From: a virus
Lineage: Duplodnaviria > Caudoviricetes
Length of the DNA stretch: 64,000 nt
IMG/VR virus record: IMGVR_UViG_3300042477_000769
Direction: 5' to 3' (one strand)
The notes under the pieces were generated by a model. It was not told the origin of the DNA. It did no database searches and saw nothing but the letters and a program-made list of their open reading frames with translations. Positions 59,101-64,000 of this stretch are shown piece by piece. Each line of letters starts with the position of its first letter. Position 1 is the first letter of the stretch. The position numbers were made by a program, and so were the translations under genes.

Positions 59101-62100
59101 GTATTGGTTCTACTGGACCAACAGGACCTCAAGGGCCAACAGGTCCTCAAGGACCACAAGGAATTCAAGGCGCTACTGGGCCTCAAGGCTCTACTGGCAG
59201 TATTGGCCCACAAGGACCGACAGGTAGTATTGGCTCTACTGGACCGACAGGCCCACAAGGACCGCAAGGTATTCAAGGAGCTACTGGACCTCAAGGCTCT
59301 ACTGGAAGCATTGGTCCACAAGGCCCAACAGGTAGTATTGGATCAACAGGACCGACAGGACCACAAGGCCAACAAGGTGTTCAAGGCGCAACTGGACCTC
59401 AAGGATCTACAGGATCAATAGGTCCACAAGGACCCACAGGCAGTATTGGTTCTACTGGACCAACAGGACCTCAAGGACCCCAAGGAATTCAGGGACCCAC
59501 TGGACCTCAAGGTTCTACAGGATCAATTGGACCACAAGGCCCAACAGGACCAACAGGACCTCAAGGACCACAAGGTATTCAGGGACCTACAGGTAGTATT
59601 GGGCCACAAGGTCCAACTGGCAGTATTGGTCCACAAGGTGTTCAAGGACCCACAGGAAGTATTGGATCTACTGGACCGACAGGACCTCAAGGGCCACAAG
59701 GCGCTACTGGACCTCAAGGTTCTACAGGATCAATTGGACCACAAGGCCCACAAGGACCCACAGGAAGTATCGGATCTACTGGACCTGCAGGAGCTACTGG
59801 CTCACAAGGACCTCAGGGAATTCAAGGAGCAACTGGTCCTCAAGGTTCTACTGGAAGTATAGGATCTACTGGACCAACCGGACCTCAAGGACCACAAGGT
59901 ATTCAAGGGCCCACTGGAAGTATTGGTCCACAAGGTCCAACAGGCAGTATTGGACCACAAGGTATTCAAGGACCAACAGGTAGTATTGGCTCTACCGGAC
60001 CGACAGGACCGCAAGGACCACAAGGTGTTCAAGGTCCTACAGGAAGCATTGGACCACAAGGACCAACAGGAAGTATTGGCCCACAAGGACCAACAGGAAG
60101 TATTGGCTCTACCGGACCGACAGGTCCACAAGGACCACAAGGTGTTCAAGGCCCAACAGGCAGTATTGGATCTACTGGTCCTCAAGGCCCGACAGGTCAA
60201 ATAGGGGCTACTGGTTTGCCTGGCGCTACCGGATCAATTGGTCCACAAGGACCTACCGGAAGTATTGGACCTCAAGGACCAACTGGAAGTATTGGTTCTA
60301 CTGGAGCGACCGGACCCCAAGGCGCCACTGGTCCTCAAGGTGCAACTGGTCCTCAAGGAGCCACTGGTATTCAAGGACCAACAGGACAAAGAGGAGCTAC
60401 TGGAGCCCAAGGAAGTCCAGGCGTAACTGGGCCTGCAGGACCTCCAGGCGCTGGTGGATTTGTTCCAACATATGTACAAGGAGTTGTTTCTGTAACTCCG
60501 CAAGACCAACAACTTGGCCATTTATTTCAAAAATTAAGTGTTAATTCTGGTTTATCAATGCAAATTGCAACAGGTTTACAGCCTACTGCAATTATGAGAT
60601 ATTTAATTAATGAAGCAGCTTCTGGGCAAGGACCAGCAGCCATTATTGATTATGGTATTTCTTCTGGTATGCAGTTAAATATTACGTATGATGGAAGTAA
60701 TCCATCATTCGAAGATACTGTTTATGGTAGAGGAATTCGCTGGAATTCTGCGGTTAATAATGGTATTGCTGATTCAGTATTATTAACTGGAACAAAAATA
60801 GCTTCACAATTAGAAGGAACTCAAAAATTAACAGTTGAAATATTATTAGATAATCAAATTGATACGCCAGACTATAATTTTATTTGCGGATTTACTAATT
60901 CTGATGGAACTACAGATGATTTTAGTATGTATTGCTTCCCATCATTCGCATTACGTGTTGGTTGGAACGGTTCAGATTTTGCCGAATATACTTTGCCTAC
61001 AGGAATTTCTTTATTACAATTAGTCGTTGATTCTACAGAATCTATAGCTAATAATAGATGGCAATTATATATCAATGGAAAATTAGCAGTACCTAATACT
61101 ATTTTAACTCCACCTTCATTAAATCAAACATTAACTTTTAGTCCGACTACTCAATCGTTCCATATTGGTAATTTACCGGCTGGTGCACATGCTTTTGGTG
61201 GAGCCATTTATTATGTTTCAGTATATGGGTATGCTTTAAATAAAGAAGAATTAGATAATAATCTAGTTGGAGTATTTAATAGCAGTGATAAATCACCCAC
61301 AGGTACACGAGAATTCTTAAAAATTGGTGGTGTCTTAGCTACAGCTTCTGGGGCTGGATTATTATCTGTTCAAGATAAAATAAAATTAGATGCCTTACCT
61401 ACAGGCGGCGCTCCGGGAGCTACAGGTCCAACGGGACCCGCTGGACCACAAGGGCCTCAAGGAGTAACTGGTCCAGCTGGTGGTGGAGGATCTGGATCAA
61501 TTGGACCTACCGGACCAACAGGGCCAGCAGGGCCTACTGGACCAGCAGGACCTACTGGATCAATTGGACCAACTGGACCGGCAGGACCCACTATTGTATG
61601 GGGAGAGACAGAAGACTGGGCTACTTTAGAAAGTAAATTAGCAGCAGTTAATTTTAATGCCACTGTTATTGTTAAAGCTGACGGTGGTGGTGGACGAAAT
61701 ATTACTAGTGCCGCCATGAATTGGCGAGGATTAAGATGGGTGAGTAATGAGCCAGAAGGTTCATTAATTAATATCCAAGCAGGAGCTGGTTGGGTATCTA
61801 ATGGTTGCGCTATTATATCAGAAAATATTTTTTGGAGATTTTTCTCCAATACTCAGGTTGCAACGGGCAATTTAACTATTGACGTATATAATGGAGCATT
61901 TAATCTTTCAAATATTAGCACTGTTTCACCATTTGATCTTACTAGCACTGCTGTAGTTAGAATATTTTTTAATAATTGCGATGTAGAAGTTGTATTTAAT
62001 ACTGTTGCACCATTTGCATTAACTGGAGCTAATCCTTCACATGTTATTAATATGTTTAACTCTCGTGTGATTGGTGGAAACTGGTTGTTTTCTATTCCAA

Positions 62101-63050
62101 CAAATGGTCGAGTAAATTTTGTTCATGATTCTAGTTCACGAGTAAGAACTGCCTTAGCTACTGGCGTTGGAACACTAATTAGATATGCTCCCACAGCAAT
62201 GATATCTTGGGCAGATTCAGTTTATTATAATGATCAAACTGTTTCACCTCCTATTATTAGCGGTATTAGTTCAGGACCCTCAGTTCAAGCCGCTATTGAT
62301 CAGCTAAAAAATAGATTTATTACCGGCCCCACTGGACCTGCCGGAGCCACGGGTCCCCAAGGAGCCACGGGTCCCCAAGGAGCTACAGGACCAACTGGAG
62401 CAATTGGTCCACAAGGCGCCACTGGAGTACCTGGAGTGGCCGGAGCCTCTGCGGTTTGGATTTTAGAAGAAGGCGCCACTATTGGATTATTTAATACTAT
62501 TAATTTAGGTGGTGGATTACACGCCTCTACCGGACCAGCAGTAAATACCGTTACTATTAATCCATTGCATGATTTTGCCATTCTCGGCAGAACGGGCTCT
62601 CCCTATATTACTAGCGGGGTAGCTTCAGGAGCTATGATTCAATGGAATTATCAGATAATAGGACCCACTGGTGGTGATTTTAGTCATACGACTATTGCTA
62701 CCGCAGCTGGATGGATTACCTTCCAAAAAGGCGGTTGGTATGAAATTGATTACTCTTTAAACTTTACTGGCCCAGTACAAGCTGCAGGCGGCTTGATGTC
62801 TAGTTGTTTTATTGGAGCTACTGGAGGGAATGGTCGATTTGGATTTGGTTCGGGAACTATTATTCCACAATCGGTGGCAATTGGTGTGGTACCCTCAGGT
62901 TGGTTAAGTCAAAGCTTTATGACCTATATTCCTTCTGGTAGGAGTATGCAAACTTACATTCAACGATATCCTACCGTATTAATTTCCGGAATCAGCGGCA
63001 TTGCTATTTCACCTACAGGCACTAAATTATCTATTAAAAGAATCGGATAA
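56121..63050 (+). CDS. Collagen-like virion fibre with LamG/ConA-like domain and C1q/BclA-like C-terminal domain
   Basis: About 470 Gly-X-Y triplets; LamG-like [33 protein letters not shown]; C-terminal [18 protein letters not shown]. Confidence 0.85.
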   Translation: MSKINANQIKGVPTGSGGGGGTGPTGPQGPQGSPGATGPQGLQGSPGVTGPIGPIGPTGPAGGPIGPTGPQGPQGSPGVTGPQGANGAPGATGPQGATGLPGPTGPAGAAGQPGATGPAGATGPQGPTGTIGPQGPTGPQGANGAPGATGPQGATGLPGPTGATGPAGATGPQGATGSIGPQGPTGSIGSTGPTGPAGATGPAGATGPQGATGVPGPTGATGPAGAIGPQGPTGSIGPQGPTGLPGTTGATGPAGATGPAGATGPQGPTGLPGTTGATGPAGATGPQGPTGSIGPQGPTGSIGSTGPTGPAGATGAPGPTGSIGPQGPTGSIGPQGATGPQGATGPQGIPGPTGATGPAGAIGPQGPTGSVGPQGPTGSIGSTGPTGPQGSTGSIGPQGATGSIGPQGPTGSIGTTGPTGPQGPTGQRGATGLPGPTGATGPAGAAGPQGPTGSIGPQGPTGSVGPTGSIGPQGPTGSIGPQGPTGSIGPQGPTGPQGATGSIGPQGPTGSVGPTGSIGPQGPTGSIGPQGPTGSIGSTGPTGPQGPQGSQGATGLQGPTGSIGPQGPTGSIGTTGPTGPQGPTGQRGATGLPGTTGATGPAGATGPQGPTGSIGPQGPTGSIGSTGSIGPQGPTGSIGPQGPTGSIGPQGPTGPQGATGQQGVTGLPGPTGAIGPAGATGPQGSTGSIGPQGPTGSIGSTGATGPQGATGSIGPQGPTGSIGSTGPTGPQGLQGATGPQGSTGSIGPQGPTGSIGSTGPQGSTGPQGSIGPAGATGPQGPTGSIGPQGPTGSIGSTGPTGPQGVQGATGPIGPQGTTGPQGATGPIGPQGPTGAIGPQGPTGSIGTTGPTGPQGPTGQRGATGLPGATGPQGPTGSIGSTGPTGPQGPQGIQGATGSIGPQGSTGPQGSTGSIGPQGPTGPQGSTGSIGPQGPTGSIGSTGPTGPQGPQGVQGPTGSIGPQGPTGSIGSTGPTGPQGPQGPTGSIGPQGPTGSIGSTGPTGPQGPTGPQGPQGIQGATGPQGSTGSIGPQGPTGSIGSTGPTGPQGPQGIQGATGPQGSTGSIGPQGPTGSIGSTGPTGPQGQQGVQGATGPQGSTGSIGPQGPTGSIGSTGPTGPQGPQGIQGPTGPQGSTGSIGPQGPTGPTGPQGPQGIQGPTGSIGPQGPTGSIGPQGVQGPTGSIGSTGPTGPQGPQGATGPQGSTGSIGPQGPQGPTGSIGSTGPAGATGSQGPQGIQGATGPQGSTGSIGSTGPTGPQGPQGIQGPTGSIGPQGPTGSIGPQGIQGPTGSIGSTGPTGPQGPQGVQGPTGSIGPQGPTGSIGPQGPTGSIGSTGPTGPQGPQGVQGPTGSIGSTGPQGPTGQIGATGLPGATGSIGPQGPTGSIGPQGPTGSIGSTGATGPQGATGPQGATGPQGATGIQGPTGQRGATGAQGSPGVTGPAGPPGAGGFVPTYVQGVVSVTPQDQQLGHLFQKLSVNSGLSMQIATGLQPTAIMRYLINEAASGQGPAAIIDYGISSGMQLNITYDGSNPSFEDTVYGRGIRWNSAVNNGIADSVLLTGTKIASQLEGTQKLTVEILLDNQIDTPDYNFICGFTNSDGTTDDFSMYCFPSFALRVGWNGSDFAEYTLPTGISLLQLVVDSTESIANNRWQLYINGKLAVPNTILTPPSLNQTLTFSPTTQSFHIGNLPAGAHAFGGAIYYVSVYGYALNKEELDNNLVGVFNSSDKSPTGTREFLKIGGVLATASGAGLLSVQDKIKLDALPTGGAPGATGPTGPAGPQGPQGVTGPAGGGGSGSIGPTGPTGPAGPTGPAGPTGSIGPTGPAGPTIVWGETEDWATLESKLAAVNFNATVIVKADGGGGRNITSAAMNWRGLRWVSNEPEGSLINIQAGAGWVSNGCAIISENIFWRFFSNTQVATGNLTIDVYNGAFNLSNISTVSPFDLTSTAVVRIFFNNCDVEVVFNTVAPFALTGANPSHVINMFNSRVIGGNWLFSIPTNGRVNFVHDSSSRVRTALATGVGTLIRYAPTAMISWADSVYYNDQTVSPPIISGISSGPSVQAAIDQLKNRFITGPTGPAGATGPQGATGPQGATGPTGAIGPQGATGVPGVAGASAVWILEEGATIGLFNTINLGGGLHASTGPAVNTVTINPLHDFAILGRTGSPYITSGVASGAMIQWNYQIIGPTGGDFSHTTIATAAGWITFQKGGWYEIDYSLNFTGPVQAAGGLMSSCFIGATGGNGRFGFGSGTIIPQSVAIGVVPSGWLSQSFMTYIPSGRSMQTYIQRYPTVLISGISGIAISPTGTKLSIKRIG
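56181..60452 (+). repeat. Collagen Gly-X-Y repeat region ([18 protein letters not shown])
   Basis: 9-nt periodicity across about 4.27 kb. Confidence 0.95.
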
Positions 63051-63083
63051 TTTAAATCTCCTTGCTATATAAGTAAGGAGTAT

Positions 63084-63114
63084 AATTGACTGCCTTGGGA
63101 AGTCAATTTAATAA
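63084..63114 (+). promoter_or_regulatory. Candidate sigma-70 promoter overlapped by a perfect inverted repeat
   Basis: TTGACT (63086) -17 nt- TAATAA (63109); AATTGACT-N9-AGTCAATT. Confidence 0.4.
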
Positions 63115-63125
63115 ATGGAAGTGCC

Positions 63126-64000
63126 ATGGAAAAAGCAAGTATTAGTTTATGTTTAATTGTTAAAAATGAACCATTTCTAGAAAAATGTTTATTATCAATT
63201 AAAGATTATGTCTCAGAAATTGTTATTGTTGATACTGGTTCAACTGATAATACTCCTGAAATTGCCAAAAAATATGCTGATAAGTTTGAAGTATATACTG
63301 AGTGCAATGATCCTGTTACCGGATTAATTGAAGATTTTTCTAAAGCCCGCAATTATTCATTTTCTTTAGCTACTCAACCCTGGATTTTGTGGTGTGATGG
63401 TGATGATATTATTGAAGGCGGACAGTATTTTAATACCTTTTTAAAAGAATTTGAAGTCAATAAATTACACTTACAAAGTAAAAATCAAACATTAGATGGG
63501 GTTGCTTTTCTATTTCCTTATGAATATGCTTATAATGACAATGGTCAATGTATTTTAAGACATTATCGAGAACGATTAATTTCAAATAAAGAGTATTTTA
63601 CTTGGGTTAATCCAGTACATGAAGTTCTTATTCCTAAAGATAATTATCAATTATCTATGATTCCTAAAGATGAAGTTGTTTTTAAGCATCAAAGACAATT
63701 TACTGGTAAACACATTGAATCTGGAAGAAACTTAAGAATACTTAAAAAATATTATGAGCAAGTCGGAGATTCAGATGCTCGACAATTATATTATTTAGGA
63801 TTAGAATATTGCAATTCAGGATTTATTGAAGAGTCAATTGCTTCTTTAAAAAAGTATATTTCTTTATCTGGATGGGAAGATGAAAAGGTCATGGCCTGTC
63901 TTAAATTGATTGAAATTTATTTCAATCAACAAAAATATGACGAAGCATTAGTATGGGCTTTTAAAGCTATAGAAATTAAAGAAAATTGGTGTGAAGGTTA
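63126..64000 (+). CDS. GT2-family glycosyltransferase with TPR repeats (3' end outside window)
   Basis: Open from ATG 63126 to the window end: ISLCLIVKNE..LEKCL..IVIVDTGSTD..FSKARN..WILWCDGDD..VHE..RQLYYLGLEY (TPR). Confidence 0.9.
   Translation, partial: MEKASISLCLIVKNEPFLEKCLLSIKDYVSEIVIVDTGSTDNTPEIAKKYADKFEVYTECNDPVTGLIEDFSKARNYSFSLATQPWILWCDGDDIIEGGQYFNTFLKEFEVNKLHLQSKNQTLDGVAFLFPYEYAYNDNGQCILRHYRERLISNKEYFTWVNPVHEVLIPKDNYQLSMIPKDEVVFKHQRQFTGKHIESGRNLRILKKYYEQVGDSDARQLYYLGLEYCNSGFIEESIASLKKYISLSGWEDEKVMACLKLIEIYFNQQKYDEALVWAFKAIEIKENWCEG

Noticed and set aside
56260-62581. Many overlapping ORFs within the collagen gene
   Set aside because: GGN-CCN-ACN periodicity lacks stops in other frames; the products are low-complexity shadows.
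1-64000. Alternative genetic code (stop-codon reassignment)
   Set aside because: TAA, TAG and TGA all end tightly packed genes, and conserved proteins read through intact in code 11.
1-64000. Eukaryotic giant virus origin suggested by collagen, glycosyltransferase, DnaJ and repeat proteins
   Set aside because: HK97-type capsid, portal, GpA-like terminase, SD sites, intrinsic terminators, a sigma-70 promoter and overlapping operonic genes indicate a bacteriophage.
47716-64000. Tail tube, sheath, tape measure or baseplate genes
   Set aside because: None recognisable by motif; they probably lie outside the window, so morphotype is not called.

Overview
AT-rich (about one-third GC by eye), almost entirely plus-strand segment of a large tailed dsDNA bacteriophage (HK97-fold Duplodnaviria); standard genetic code; host not determinable here. 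Order: (1) 1-8 kb: DnaJ C-terminal fragment, Zn-ribbon protein, eight paralogous HREDGPA-repeat genes interrupted by a DnaG-type primase, and a sigma-70 region-4 protein flanked by GIY-YIG/HNH endonucleases. (2) 8-48 kb: head module with GpA-like large terminase (mini-intein), portal with two directly abutting LAGLIDADG inteins, prohead protease-scaffold fusion, two decoration-like paralogs, the major capsid protein and about 20 hypothetical proteins; many of these share a helical motif and recurrent [K/N]-x-A|(Q/S/A) motifs, suggesting a protease-processed internal-head cargo system that may include a divergent CCA-family nucleotidyltransferase, a Cys phosphatase and a GH73-like hydrolase. 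(3) 48-56 kb: AsnB-like amidotransferase, amino-methyltransferase and a canonical CCA-adding enzyme. (4) 56-64 kb: a 2309-aa collagen-like fibre followed by a GT2/TPR glycosyltransferase. Ten free-standing homing-type endonuclease genes and three inteins occupy about 18% of the window. Short patches where third codon positions switch from G-rich to C-rich sit at intein junctions and next to endonuclease genes. All calls come from motif recognition by eye; no database searches were run.
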